A stretch of 48,313 bases of DNA, taken from assembly GCA_039930785.1 (NCBI GenBank), contig JBDTTE010000002.1, positions 1 to 48,313 on the forward strand. The letters run 5' to 3'. Position numbers and translations under genes: made by a program. Below, piece after piece: positions 7,371 through 16,533 of the stretch. Below the pieces are notes generated by a model. The model had not been told where the DNA came from, ran no database searches, and worked only from the letters and a program-made list of their open reading frames with translations. Origin of the DNA: Betaproteobacteria bacterium (lineage in GTDB: Bacteria > Pseudomonadota > Gammaproteobacteria > Burkholderiales > JACQAP01). Numbering within the stretch: the first letter of the stretch is position 1; each line of letters begins with the position of its first letter.

Positions 7371-7409
7371 CAGAAAAGCAAAACGGTGAATGGAATTTCC
7401 ATTCACCGT
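7371..7409 (-). terminator. Rho-independent terminator/attenuator between rpsU and yqeY-dnaG-rpoD
   Basis: An 11-bp perfect stem ACGGTGAATGG (7383-7393) / CCATTCACCGT (7399-7409) carries a 5-nt loop. On the minus strand it is followed by TTTGCTTTTCT. The position is analogous to the E. coli T1 terminator after rpsU. Confidence 0.75.
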
Positions 7410-7432
7410 CGGAGCAAACCTGCTACGCGCTT

Positions 7433-7645
7433 TTAGTACAGCTTCGGCGGCAGCAGCTGGTTGCGCAGGCGCTTGTGATGGCGCTTCACTGCGGCGGCCA
7501 GCTTGCGCTTGCGCTCGGACGTGGGCTTTTCGTAAAACTCGCGCGCCCGCAACTCGGTCAGCAGACCGGTTTTTTCCACCGTGCGCTTGAAGCGGCGCAT
7601 CGCCACTTCGAAGGGCTCATTTTCCTTGACACGAATCGTCGGCAT
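7433..7645 (-). CDS. rpsU: 30S ribosomal protein S21
   Basis: The product [48 protein letters not shown] is 70 aa. Confidence 0.98.
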   Translation of the reverse strand: MPTIRVKENEPFEVAMRRFKRTVEKTGLLTELRAREFYEKPTSERKRKLAAAVKRHHKRLRNQLLPPKLY

Positions 7646-7720
7646 AAAATAACGGTCCTGGATGGGTCTGCTAAAAAACCGGCTCGACTCAAATCGGCTC
7701 GGCTAAAAACGAAGGGGCGG

Positions 7721-7748
7721 ATTTTAACAACAATCGCCTGATTTGCAA
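7721..7748 (-). promoter_or_regulatory. Candidate sigma-70 promoter for rpsU (TTGCAA-16 nt-TAAAAT)
   Basis: The minus strand reads TTGCAA (7748-7743), a 16-nt spacer, then TAAAAT (7726-7721). The element is about 75 nt upstream of the rpsU ATG, in the divergent rpsU/tsaD intergenic region. Confidence 0.45.
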
Positions 7749-7830
7749 ACGTATAGTGCCGGCGGATGCGGATGCGGCCGCCCCCCGGCGGCCCCCAATC
7801 TCCCCGGCAAGCGCCTGAACTCAAGACCTT

Positions 7831-8850
7831 ATGCTCGTTCTCGGTATCGAAACATCCTGCGACGAAACCGGTGTCGCCCTGTACGACACGATGGCCGGCT
7901 TGCTCGGGCACACGTTGTTTTCGCAGGTAGCCCTGCACGCCGAGTACGGTGGCGTCGTGCCGGAACTGGCCTCCCGTGACCATGTGCGCCGGCTGCTGCC
8001 GCTCACACGCGAACTGCTTGCGCAAACCGGGCGCACCCTGGACGATATTGATGGCATTGCCTACACCCAGGGACCCGGTCTGGCCGGCGCCCTGCTGGTC
8101 GGCGCCAGCGTGGCAGCCGGGCTGGCCTTCGCGCTCGATATTCCGGTTATCGGATTGCACCACCTCGAGGGTCATTTGCTCTCGCCGCTGCTCGCGACGC
8201 CAGCGCCGCAGTTCCCCTTTATCGCATTGCTCGTGTCGGGCGGCCACACGCAACTCATGAAAGTCGGCGGCGTGGGCGACTACGAATTGCTGGGCGACAC
8301 AGTGGACGATGCAGCCGGTGAAGCGTTCGACAAGACAGCCAAGTTGCTAGGCCTTGCCTATCCCGGTGGACCGGCGCTGGCGAAGCTCGCCGAAACCGGC
8401 GATGCCCGGCGGTTCAAGCTGCCGCGGCCGATGATCGCGAGCGGCGACCTGAATTTCAGTTTCGCGGGCCTGAAAACAGCCGCGCTCACCATTGCGAATC
8501 GCGAAGACCCGACCGAGCGCAACAAAGCCGACATTGCCGCGGCATTCCAGAGCGCCGCTGTCGACGTCCTCGTCGCCAAATCGCTGCAAGCCCTGCATCA
8601 AACAGGGCTGGAGCGGCTGGTAGTCGCAGGCGGCGTGGGGGCCAATCGTCGATTGCGCGAGGCGCTATCGCTTAAGACCGCGGCGGAAAACTTCGAAGTC
8701 TTTTATCCACCGCTGGAATTTTGCACGGACAACGGCGCGATGATCGCGTACGCGGGCGCCCAGCGCATGCTGGCCGGTGCGCGAGGCTACGAGTTCTCGG
8801 TGCGTCCGCGCTGGGATCTGGACGAACTCAGCCGCCCCGCGACAGCCTGA
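7831..8850 (+). CDS. tsaD: tRNA N6-adenosine threonylcarbamoyltransferase TsaD, 339 aa
   Basis: The motifs [18 protein letters not shown] and [10 protein letters not shown] are present. The gene is divergent from rpsU, as in E. coli. Confidence 0.96.
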   Translation: MLVLGIETSCDETGVALYDTMAGLLGHTLFSQVALHAEYGGVVPELASRDHVRRLLPLTRELLAQTGRTLDDIDGIAYTQGPGLAGALLVGASVAAGLAFALDIPVIGLHHLEGHLLSPLLATPAPQFPFIALLVSGGHTQLMKVGGVGDYELLGDTVDDAAGEAFDKTAKLLGLAYPGGPALAKLAETGDARRFKLPRPMIASGDLNFSFAGLKTAALTIANREDPTERNKADIAAAFQSAAVDVLVAKSLQALHQTGLERLVVAGGVGANRRLREALSLKTAAENFEVFYPPLEFCTDNGAMIAYAGAQRMLAGARGYEFSVRPRWDLDELSRPATA

Positions 8851-9436
8851 TCCGGCTTTCGCTGCCGTTCATCAGCCGTGCGATGTTGGCGCGGTGACGC
8901 CACAGCAGCATCACGGTCATGATCGTCACCATCCCGGTGAACGCGCCCCACCCCATAAAATAAAACGTGGCGATCGGCGCGACCAGCGCGCCGACGATCG
9001 ACGCGAGGGACGAATAGCGCATCGCGACGACGGTGAGCAACCAGGCAAGCAAGGTCACGCCGGCGACACGCAGGTCGAGCGCCAGCAAGATGCCGACCGC
9101 CGTGGAAACGCCTTTGCCGCCCTTGAATCGAAAATAGATTGGAAACAAATGGCCGAGGAAGACTGCGAGGCCGACGGCGGCGAGGGTCGCCTCCCCAACG
9201 CCGAATTCCGCAGACAAGCTGCGCGCAAGCCACAGCGCGAATGCACCCTTCGCGGCATCGCCGATCAAGGTCAGGGCTGCGGCCGCTTTTTTTCCGGTGC
9301 GCAACACATTCGTTGCGCCGGGATTGCCGGACCCGTAGGTGTGCGGATCCGGCAGGCCGAAGAGCCGGCTGACGACCACAGCGAAAGAAATCGAACCGAT
9401 CAGGTATGCGACGACGATAAAAATTATCGATGCCAT
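8828..9436 (-). CDS. plsY: Glycerol-3-phosphate acyltransferase PlsY, 202 aa
   Basis: The motifs [29 protein letters not shown] and [13 protein letters not shown] are present, and the protein has multiple TM segments. It overlaps tsaD convergently by 23 nt. Confidence 0.95.
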   Translation of the reverse strand: MASIIFIVVAYLIGSISFAVVVSRLFGLPDPHTYGSGNPGATNVLRTGKKAAAALTLIGDAAKGAFALWLARSLSAEFGVGEATLAAVGLAVFLGHLFPIYFRFKGGKGVSTAVGILLALDLRVAGVTLLAWLLTVVAMRYSSLASIVGALVAPIATFYFMGWGAFTGMVTIMTVMLLWRHRANIARLMNGSESRIRLSRGG

Positions 9437-9457
9437 CGGAAAGCCCGCCTCCCCCGT

Positions 9458-10351
9458 TTATCCGCGCGGATGATGCTTCGCGTGTAGTTGTTTGAGCCGC
9501 TCGCGTGCAACGTGAGTGTAAATCTGCGTGGTGGAAATGTCCGCGTGCCCCAACAGCATTTGCACAACTCGCAGGTCGGCGCCGTGATTGAGCAAATGAG
9601 TGGCGAAGGCGTGGCGCAGTGTGTGCGGGGAAATGGACTTGCGAATGCCAGCCTTCGCGGCATGTCGCCGGATAAGGTGCCAGAACGCCTGTCGCGTCAT
9701 CGATTGGCCGCGGGCCGTGACGAACAACGCATCCGTCTGTCTGCCGCCGAGGATTTCCGGCCGGGCTTCGCCGAGGTAGCGCCGCAACGAATTGAGCGCT
9801 TCCTCGCCGATCGGCACCAGCCTTTCCTTGCTGCCTTTGCCCATGACGCGCACGACCCCCATGTCCTGGCTCAGTTGCGCGACCTTCATCGTCACCAGTT
9901 CTGAAACGCGCAGGCCACTCGCGTAAAGCGTTTCGAGCATGGCCTTGTCGCGCAAGCCAAGCGCCGTGGCGACGTTTGCGGCGGTCAGTAGCGCATCGAC
10001 ATCTTCTTCAGTCAATGACTTGGGCAGGCTGCGTGGCAGCTTCGGGGAGTCGATTTCCAGGGTCGGGTCCAACCCGATGCGGTTTTCCCTGAGCAGATAG
10101 CGATACAGGCGCTTGAGGCTGGACAGCAGCCGCGCCGCCGAGCGTGCCTTGGCTTTTGGAAATTTGTAGGAAAAGTACGCGAGCAGATCGGCGCGTTGCG
10201 CGTTGATCAGCGTTCGGCCCCGTTCGACTGACAGCCAGGCCGAGAACAATCTCAGATCCCGCCGGTAGCTTTCAATGGTATTGCGTGAGAGCCCGTCTTC
10301 AAGCCAGAGCGAGTCGCAGAATTGATCCAACTGCTCGTCAGGCGCTGTCAT
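9458..10351 (-). CDS. xerD: Site-specific tyrosine recombinase XerD, 297 aa
   Basis: Track ORF 9458..10423, trimmed to the ATG at 10351 (MTAPDEQLDQFCDSLWLEDGLS...). The C-terminus MTRQAFWHLIRRHA...SPHTLRHAFATHLLNHGADLRVVQMLLGHADISTTQIYTHVARERLKQLHAKHHPRG is near-identical in pattern to E. coli XerD. Confidence 0.9.
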   Translation of the reverse strand: MTAPDEQLDQFCDSLWLEDGLSRNTIESYRRDLRLFSAWLSVERGRTLINAQRADLLAYFSYKFPKAKARSAARLLSSLKRLYRYLLRENRIGLDPTLEIDSPKLPRSLPKSLTEEDVDALLTAANVATALGLRDKAMLETLYASGLRVSELVTMKVAQLSQDMGVVRVMGKGSKERLVPIGEEALNSLRRYLGEARPEILGGRQTDALFVTARGQSMTRQAFWHLIRRHAAKAGIRKSISPHTLRHAFATHLLNHGADLRVVQMLLGHADISTTQIYTHVARERLKQLHAKHHPRG

Positions 10352-10540
10352 CGACGCGTGCACGCGCCAGGCGGCGTCCGTTTTTCGCGGGTATAAGAGG
10401 TCCGGGAGGCTTCCTCTCCACATCGGCCCGCCCGCAAGATTGGCTCTGCATACACTCCCTGGAATTGTATGCCAGCCGCGGACTGTACTTGGCTATACTT
10501 GCGCAGAATCCATTCAGGGGACGACCAGGGAGTTCTCAAC

Positions 10541-11254
10541 ATGGCTGATTTCGATCAGACAAGAAATTCGACTTGCAGCTTTGAAGCCGCGCAGTTGCAT
10601 GTCGGCGAACGCGTACAACTGGAAATGACGGCGGACCCGTCGCACACGCACTACTACACCACTCTCATCGGTTTCGTTCCCGGGCACAGCGTGCTGGTCC
10701 GCGCGCCGCTGTCCCAGAACCTGCCGGTGCCGGTGCCGGAGGGCGCGGGCGTCGTAGTACGCGCGTTTTCCGGACGCCACGCGTACACCATGGAATCGAA
10801 GGTCGATCGTGTCTGCCGGACACCCTATCCATACATGCATCTCGCATACCCGATCGACGTCCAGCAGACGCTGGTACGCGGCGATTTGCGCGTACGCGTT
10901 GCGATCCCGGGCACCGCCTCCGGCGCCGACGAATCCCCAACCGACCACATCCGTCCAGTCGTCATATCCGATCTGAGCGTATCCGGCGCGCAACTCGAAT
11001 CCGAACGCAACCTGGGCGAGGCGGAGGAGAAATTTGCACTGGCGTTCAGGTTTGTGGTGCAGCCGAACAATTACGAGGTAAAGCTCGCGACCTCCGTGCA
11101 GGTACAGAGCATGCGCAAGGTCAAGAAGGGCAAAAGCCCGTCGGAGATTTACTCCCACGGCGTCCGGTTCAGCAGGCTGCACGCAACCGAAGCCCTGCTG
11201 CTGCAGAGCTATATCCAGCAGGTATTGCTTTCGGACCGCTCGCGGGTGGTTTGA
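10541..11254 (+). CDS. YcgR-like PilZ-domain protein (putative c-di-GMP receptor / flagellar-brake family), 237 aa
   Basis: Track ORF 10469..11254, trimmed to the ATG at 10541 (SD CAGGGAG upstream). The PilZ motifs are RGDLR (RxxxR) followed by ISDLSVSGAQL (DxSxxG). The N-terminal half has the PilZN-like beta-barrel pattern (VGERVQLEM...LIGFVPGHSVLVRAP). Confidence 0.75.
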   Translation: MADFDQTRNSTCSFEAAQLHVGERVQLEMTADPSHTHYYTTLIGFVPGHSVLVRAPLSQNLPVPVPEGAGVVVRAFSGRHAYTMESKVDRVCRTPYPYMHLAYPIDVQQTLVRGDLRVRVAIPGTASGADESPTDHIRPVVISDLSVSGAQLESERNLGEAEEKFALAFRFVVQPNNYEVKLATSVQVQSMRKVKKGKSPSEIYSHGVRFSRLHATEALLLQSYIQQVLLSDRSRVV

Positions 11255-11265
11255 GTTACGGCGTT

Positions 11266-11305
11266 ACAAAACAAAAAAGGCGGCCTGTGGCCGCCTTTTT
11301 CTGTT
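11266..11305. terminator. Bidirectional Rho-independent terminator between the PilZ gene (+) and rplS (-)
   Basis: The stem GGCGGCC (11279-11285) / GGCCGCC (11289-11295) has a TGT loop. It is flanked by an A-run on the left and a T-run on the right, so both strands read hairpin followed by U-tract. Confidence 0.85.
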
Positions 11306-11336
11306 TCGTCCTACTTCCGCCGTTTGCGGAGCGCCC

Positions 11337-11714
11337 TTATTCCGCGGCTTCCGGACGTTCCGTCTCGAGCTTTTCGCGAATCCGCGCCGATTTGCCGGAA
11401 CGATCCCGCAGGTAATACAGCTTGGCACGGCGCACGGCACCGCGACGCTTGAGTTCGATGCTGGCGATCAGCGGCGAATAGGTCTGGAACGTTCGCTCGA
11501 CACCTTCACCGGAGGACACCTTGCGAACGATGAACGAGGAGTTCAGACCGCGATTGCGGATGGCGATCACCACGCCTTCGTAGGCCTGTACGCGCTTGCG
11601 GTCACCTTCCACCACGTTCACGTTGACAATCACCGTGTCGCCGGGCGCGAACGCCGGAACGTTCTTGCCTAGACGCGCCACTTCTTCCTGTTCGAGTTTC
11701 TGTATCAGATTCAT
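11337..11714 (-). CDS. rplS: 50S ribosomal protein L19
   Basis: The product starts [61 protein letters not shown]. It forms an ATGA overlap with trmD. Confidence 0.98.
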   Translation of the reverse strand: MNLIQKLEQEEVARLGKNVPAFAPGDTVIVNVNVVEGDRKRVQAYEGVVIAIRNRGLNSSFIVRKVSSGEGVERTFQTYSPLIASIELKRRGAVRRAKLYYLRDRSGKSARIREKLETERPEAAE

Positions 11715-12484
11715 TTGGTCCGCTCCTCGGATTCTTCCGATTCCAATTTATATTCTTCAAGCAACGCGGCCTGATCCGCGTCCAATTGCATGTTCGCCAG
11801 CAGTTCCGGACGACGACGCCAGGTACGTCCGAGGGACTGCTTCAATCGCCACCGCATGATCTGCGCGTGGTGCCCGGATAACAGAACACCGGGCACTGCA
11901 CTGCTTTCGTAGATTTCGGGCCGCGTATAGTGCGGGCAATCGAGCAAACCGTTCACGAATGAATCCTGTTGCACCGAATCCGCGTCGTTCACCACCCCTG
12001 GAATGCGCCGTATCAGCGCATCCATCAACACCATCGCCGGCAACTCGCCGCCGGACAATACGTAGTCGCCGATTGAAATCTGATCGTCGACCTCGGCATC
12101 CAGCAAGCGCTCATCGACACCTTCATACCGGCCGGCGAGCAACACCAGCCCTTCGTACTCACCCAATTCCTCGACGATCCGCTGTGTCAGCGGCCTGCCC
12201 TGTGGAGACAGGAAAACCGTCCTTCTACGCCGGATCCCACAACTTTCCTGCCTTTGCCGCGCCGCGCGAAGTGCCTTGGCAAGGGGTTCGGCCATCATCA
12301 CCATTCCCGGACCGCCACCATACGGCCGGTCATCCACGCTGCGGTAGGCATTACCGCTGAAATCCCGTGGATTCCATAACACCAGCTCGTAGTGCCGTTG
12401 GCTTCGTGCCCGCTGCGTGATGCCGCTGCCCGTCAGGGCTTCGAACATTTCGGGAAACAAGGTGACGACGTCCAGGTGCATCAT
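11711..12484 (-). CDS. trmD: tRNA (guanine37-N1)-methyltransferase TrmD
   Basis: The motifs [29 protein letters not shown] and [10 protein letters not shown] are present. The gene sits in the rpsP-rimM-trmD-rplS operon. Confidence 0.97.
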   Translation of the reverse strand: MMHLDVVTLFPEMFEALTGSGITQRARSQRHYELVLWNPRDFSGNAYRSVDDRPYGGGPGMVMMAEPLAKALRAARQRQESCGIRRRRTVFLSPQGRPLTQRIVEELGEYEGLVLLAGRYEGVDERLLDAEVDDQISIGDYVLSGGELPAMVLMDALIRRIPGVVNDADSVQQDSFVNGLLDCPHYTRPEIYESSAVPGVLLSGHHAQIMRWRLKQSLGRTWRRRPELLANMQLDADQAALLEEYKLESEESEERTK

Positions 12485-12497
12485 CGTCGCCGGAACC

Positions 12498-13001
12498 CTA
12501 TTCCCAATCTACCGTCAACTGCCCCGCGCCCAAATCGACATTCACGAGAACGTCCTGTATGAGCGGAACCAGAACTTCCTTTTCACCCTTCACCACGAGC
12601 ACCGCGTTGGCACCCGTTTCCAGAATCTTTTCCACACGTCCGAGGCTGACCGCTTCGCGATTGCGCACTTCGAGGCCGATCAAATCAGTCCAGTAAAACT
12701 CGCCTTCGCCGGCTTCCGGCATCGCACTGCGCGGAACTGCTACTTCGCGACCCTTCAGCGCGGCCGCGACATCCCTGTCGGTGATTCCTTCGAACCGGGC
12801 TACCATCGTCGCCCCGCGGACGATAGCCTCCTCGACACGATGCAGCTTCCAGCCATCCGATCCGCGCAGCCACCATTCCGGGTAATCGAGCAACCCATCC
12901 AGTTCCTGCGTAAACGGCTGGATGGTGACCCAGCCCTTGAGACCGTGAGGGGCGCGCACGCGCCCCATCACTACCATTTCTTCAGGACGGGGTGGAGTCA
13001 C
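12498..13001 (-). CDS. rimM: Ribosome maturation factor RimM
   Basis: [20 protein letters not shown] and the PRC-barrel C-terminus are present. The start is uncertain: 13001 overlaps rpsP by 20 nt, while the alternative ATG at 12977 gives no overlap. Confidence 0.93.
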   Translation of the reverse strand: MTPPRPEEMVVMGRVRAPHGLKGWVTIQPFTQELDGLLDYPEWWLRGSDGWKLHRVEEAIVRGATMVARFEGITDRDVAAALKGREVAVPRSAMPEAGEGEFYWTDLIGLEVRNREAVSLGRVEKILETGANAVLVVKGEKEVLVPLIQDVLVNVDLGAGQLTVDWE

Positions 13002-13236
13002 CGAACTGTCGGACCAGGCGGGCCGCCGTATCGGACAGCTTGGCGCCCTTTCCCTGCCAGTAGGTCAATCGGTCCATTTGAATACGCAGGGATTCCTGGC
13101 CCGCGGGCGCCTTCGGATTATAAAACCCGACACGCTCGATAAAGCGACCGTCGCGCGGGTCGCGCGAATCCGCAACGACCATATTGAAGAACGGGCGCTT
13201 CTTGGCACCCCCACGCGACAGGCGAATAACGACCAT
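12982..13236 (-). CDS. rpsP: 30S ribosomal protein S16, 84 aa
   Basis: Track ORF 12982..13395, trimmed to the ATG at 13236 ([41 protein letters not shown]). Confidence 0.97.
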   Translation of the reverse strand: MVVIRLSRGGAKKRPFFNMVVADSRDPRDGRFIERVGFYNPKAPAGQESLRIQMDRLTYWQGKGAKLSDTAARLVRQFGDSTPS

Positions 13237-13403
13237 GGCCAAACCCCTCAAAAGCGAAGCGCGCGATTCTACGCCCGAAGCCGACGTAACCGCAACAATT
13301 ACTATGGGTTTCAGGCGTTCGTCCGGCGCACCGGGCGCGCCCGACGATGCCAACAAAACGACCGACCCAGAAGACCATCGAATGTCTGAATTCAATATTC
13401 AGT

Positions 13404-14207
13404 TCAATTGCTTGCCGCCGCTGCCACCGGCTTGCCGCCAAAACGGCTGTCGAGAAATTCCACGATCACTTTGACGAGCTCGTCTTCGCGACCCTCGAAG
13501 AAATGCTGGGCATCGGGAACGATCACCTGCTCGGAGCCCGGCACTTTCAGGATCTGTTTTTTGCGCTCGTAAGCCCCGACCTGGGTGATCTCCCAGTCCT
13601 TGCTGCCAAAGACGTCCAGGACCGGAATCTTGATACGGAACATTTCCTCCAGGCCGTTGATGATGCCGACGAATACCCAGGCCTTGACGGGCGTGGAATT
13701 GGCGTGGATCAGATACTGGTTTGCCATCGTCGCGCCAAGGCTGTGCGAGACGATGGCGATCTTGTCGTAGCCCTTGCCCTGCAGGAATTTTGCAGCCAGC
13801 GCGTAACGCTCCTCGGCATCCGCGTAGATCGGCAGGTAGTCACCGACCTTTGCGCCCGGGCCGAGCACGGGTAACTGGATGGCTAGCGTGTCGTAGCCCT
13901 GCTCGGCCAGTTTGACGCGCAGCACGCCATAGAGCTCGAAATCGGGATTCCATCCACGTCCGTGGCCAATGATCAGTGCGCCGCGCGGCTTTTCCGCTTT
14001 GGTGTAGATCGCCAGAAATTCGTGACCGTTTTTTTGCTTTATCCAGTTCACGTCGCCGACGAGGATTGCCGGCACGATCTGATCGGACCAACGCTTCTCG
14101 CGCTCGTAGTCCGGCTGTTGGGCGCGAGCGACCGGCAGTGCGACTAGTACGAGAAGAACGGCGAACAAACAACGCGATCTGAGTTGCTTCATGAAGGCAT
14201 TCGTCAT
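13404..14207 (-). CDS. Secreted alpha/beta-fold hydrolase of unknown specificity, 267 aa
   Basis: The N-terminal signal peptide is LFAVLLVLVALPVARAQQ. Catalytic-triad style motifs are present: IIGHGRG (oxyanion HG), VSHSLGA (nucleophile elbow), FGSKDW (Asp) and PDAQHFF (His). An alternative start is the ATG at 14192. Confidence 0.75.
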   Translation of the reverse strand: MTNAFMKQLRSRCLFAVLLVLVALPVARAQQPDYEREKRWSDQIVPAILVGDVNWIKQKNGHEFLAIYTKAEKPRGALIIGHGRGWNPDFELYGVLRVKLAEQGYDTLAIQLPVLGPGAKVGDYLPIYADAEERYALAAKFLQGKGYDKIAIVSHSLGATMANQYLIHANSTPVKAWVFVGIINGLEEMFRIKIPVLDVFGSKDWEITQVGAYERKKQILKVPGSEQVIVPDAQHFFEGREDELVKVIVEFLDSRFGGKPVAAAASN

Positions 14208-14209
14208 CT

Positions 14210-15556
14210 TTAACGCATGCCCGGAAAGCCTGATTTCATCGAGCGCATCATTTTCTGCAGGCCGCCTTTTCCCATCATCTTCATCATTTTCTGCATCTGT
14301 TCGAATTGATTGAGCAGGCGATTGACCTCCTGCACCGTTACGCCCGCCCCGGTCGCAATCCGGCGCTTGCGTGAAGCTTTGATGAGTTCCGGCTTCGCGC
14401 GTTCCTGCGGGGTCATGGAATCTATGATTCCGACCGTCCTGCCGATCACACGGTTGTCGATGGAACTGCCCTGCGCAGCCTGCGCGAACTGGGCGGGCAA
14501 CTTGTCCACAAGAGCGCTCAAGCCACCCATCTTCTTCATCTGCTGCATCTGGTTGCGAAAATCCTCGAGGTCGAAACCCTTGCCGGATTTCACTTTCTTA
14601 GCGAGTTTTTCGGCCTCCTCGACATCGATATTGCGGCGCGCTTCCTCGACCAGCGCCAGCACGTCTCCCATGCCGAGTATGCGAGCAGCCAACCGGTCCG
14701 GATAAAAGGCTTCCAGCCCGGAGAGTTTTTCGGATACGCCGACGAACTTGATCGGCTTGCCGGTAACGTGGCGCACGGACAGCGCAGCGCCACCGCGCGC
14801 GTCGCCGTCGAGCTTGGTCAGGATGACGCCGGTCAGCGGCAGCGCTTCCGAGAACGCCTTGGCGACGTTGACCGCGTCCTGCCCCTGCATGGAATCCACC
14901 ACGAACAGCGTTTCCGCCGGATTCAGCGCCGCGTGCAATCGCGTGATCTCCTGCATCATCGCGTCGTCAATCGCAAGGCGGCCGGCGGTATCGACGATCA
15001 GCACTTCGTGGTAGTGCTTGCGCGCGTAGTCGAGCGCATCGCGCGCGATGTCTTCGGGTTTTTGCGATGGATTGGACGGGAAGACCTCGATCTCCACCTG
15101 CCTGCCGAGAGTTTGCAATTGCTCGATGGCAGCCGGTCGATAGACGTCGCAGCTGACCAGCAGAACTTTTTTCTTTTGTTCCTTGAGCAGGCGACCGAGC
15201 TTACCCGCGGTGGTCGTCTTGCCAGCGCCCTGCAGACCCGCCATCAGGATGACGGCGGGAGGCACCACGGCCAGATTCAGCGCATCGTTCTGGCTGCCCA
15301 TGAGTTCCGTCAATTCGCGATGGACAACACCCACCAGGGCCTGTCCGGGCGTGAGGCTCCCGATCACCTCTTCGCCGACGGCTTTTTCCTTGACCCGCGC
15401 GACGAATTCCTTGACGACAGGCAGCGCCACATCGGCTTCCAGCAGGGCGATGCGAACTTCACGCAACGCATCCTGGATATTTGCGTCGGTCAGGCGCGCC
15501 TGGCCGCGCAACGTCTTGACGACGCCGGCCAGCCGCGCGGTCAGGCTATCCAACAT
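14210..15556 (-). CDS. ffh: Signal recognition particle protein Ffh, 448 aa
   Basis: Track ORF 14210..15610, trimmed to the ATG at 15556 (MLDSLTARLAGVVKTLRGQARLTD). The G-domain motifs are GLQGAGKTTTAGKL, DTAGR and TKLDGDARGG. The M-domain is Met-rich. Confidence 0.97.
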   Translation of the reverse strand: MLDSLTARLAGVVKTLRGQARLTDANIQDALREVRIALLEADVALPVVKEFVARVKEKAVGEEVIGSLTPGQALVGVVHRELTELMGSQNDALNLAVVPPAVILMAGLQGAGKTTTAGKLGRLLKEQKKKVLLVSCDVYRPAAIEQLQTLGRQVEIEVFPSNPSQKPEDIARDALDYARKHYHEVLIVDTAGRLAIDDAMMQEITRLHAALNPAETLFVVDSMQGQDAVNVAKAFSEALPLTGVILTKLDGDARGGAALSVRHVTGKPIKFVGVSEKLSGLEAFYPDRLAARILGMGDVLALVEEARRNIDVEEAEKLAKKVKSGKGFDLEDFRNQMQQMKKMGGLSALVDKLPAQFAQAAQGSSIDNRVIGRTVGIIDSMTPQERAKPELIKASRKRRIATGAGVTVQEVNRLLNQFEQMQKMMKMMGKGGLQKMMRSMKSGFPGMR

Positions 15557-15624
15557 GAACTGTGATCCGAAGTGTGGGCGGGGGGCAGATGCTGTAGACT
15601 TGGCGCGCACTACTCGCCGTCAGT

Positions 15625-16446
15625 ATGGACGACATTTTACTTCATCTCCTCGTCAGTTTCGGGTACGCGGCACTGGCAATTTTCCTGTGGCGCGACGCCC
15701 TCGCCACGACCGGGGCCTCCGTCGCTTCGGCCAGGTCGACGTGGCCGCACATCGCCTTGATCGTACCTTTGACGCTGCATGCGGCGTTGCTCGTGCGCGC
15801 GGTGTTCGCCGGCGATGCCCTGTATCTCGGCGTAGGCATTGCGATTTCAGTCATTATCTGGCTGACAGCGCTCATTTACTGGGTGGGCGGTTTTTTTTAC
15901 AGACTGGAAGGCTTGCAGGTTTTGGTGGTACCGGCAGCGGCGCTACTCTCGCTTCTTCCGCTGGCCCTGCCGGCCGGCCATCCACTGACGAATACCCACT
16001 TCGCGGCGTTCAAGGCTCATCTGGTGATCTCGCTCCTTGCCTATAGCCTTTTCACCATTGCCTCTATGCACGTCCTCATGATGGCGGTAATGGAACGCCG
16101 GCTGCATCGCGGCAACGTTCCGCAATTCATGCAGAATCTTCCGCCGTTGCTGACCATGGAACGCCTCCTGTTCCGGATAATTTTCGCCGGCTTCGTTCTG
16201 CTGACCCTGACGCTCGGCAGCGGCATCCTGTTTTCGGAAGAGTTGTTCGGCAAACCCATGCAGTTCACCCACAAGACGGTATTCGGCATCCTCTCGTGGA
16301 TCATCTTCGCTTCCATGCTCGCCGGACGCGCGCTGTATGGGTGGCGCGGGCGCGTCGCCATGCGCTGGACGCTTGCGGGATTTCTGTCTCTCGTCCTCGC
16401 CTACATCGGCAGCAAATTCATCCTGGAAGTATTACTCCGGCACTGA
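15625..16446 (+). CDS. ypjD: Cytochrome c assembly family inner-membrane protein (CcsA/YpjD-like), 273 aa
   Basis: This is a polytopic membrane protein, divergent from ffh and followed by a CorC/YfjD-like gene. That is the same arrangement as E. coli ffh / ypjD-yfjD. Confidence 0.8.
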   Translation: MDDILLHLLVSFGYAALAIFLWRDALATTGASVASARSTWPHIALIVPLTLHAALLVRAVFAGDALYLGVGIAISVIIWLTALIYWVGGFFYRLEGLQVLVVPAAALLSLLPLALPAGHPLTNTHFAAFKAHLVISLLAYSLFTIASMHVLMMAVMERRLHRGNVPQFMQNLPPLLTMERLLFRIIFAGFVLLTLTLGSGILFSEELFGKPMQFTHKTVFGILSWIIFASMLAGRALYGWRGRVAMRWTLAGFLSLVLAYIGSKFILEVLLRH

Positions 16447-16468
16447 AGGGATTGTAACCGGCGGTTGC

Positions 16469-16497
16469 TTGACACCCTCATTGGCGCTCCCGATACT
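16469..16497 (+). promoter_or_regulatory. Candidate sigma-70 promoter for the CorC-family gene (TTGACA-17 nt-GATACT)
   Basis: TTGACA lies at 16469-16474 and GATACT at 16492-16497, 36 nt upstream of the TTG start. Confidence 0.35.
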
Positions 16498-16533
16498 GAA
16501 TTTCTGCTTGACCTTACAAAGTGGTGACCACGC

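Noticed and set aside
7669-7708. Direct repeats GCTAAAAA and CGGCTCG in the rpsU 5' leader (arranged A-B ... B-A)
   Set aside because: They are short, do not form a hairpin (direct rather than inverted), and I have no known regulatory precedent for them. I noted them but do not consider them reportable as a feature.
7558-8253. 231-aa minus-strand ORF overlapping tsaD and the rpsU upstream region
   Set aside because: It is antisense to tsaD, which carries clear TsaD motifs. It would also run through the rpsU promoter and coding start.
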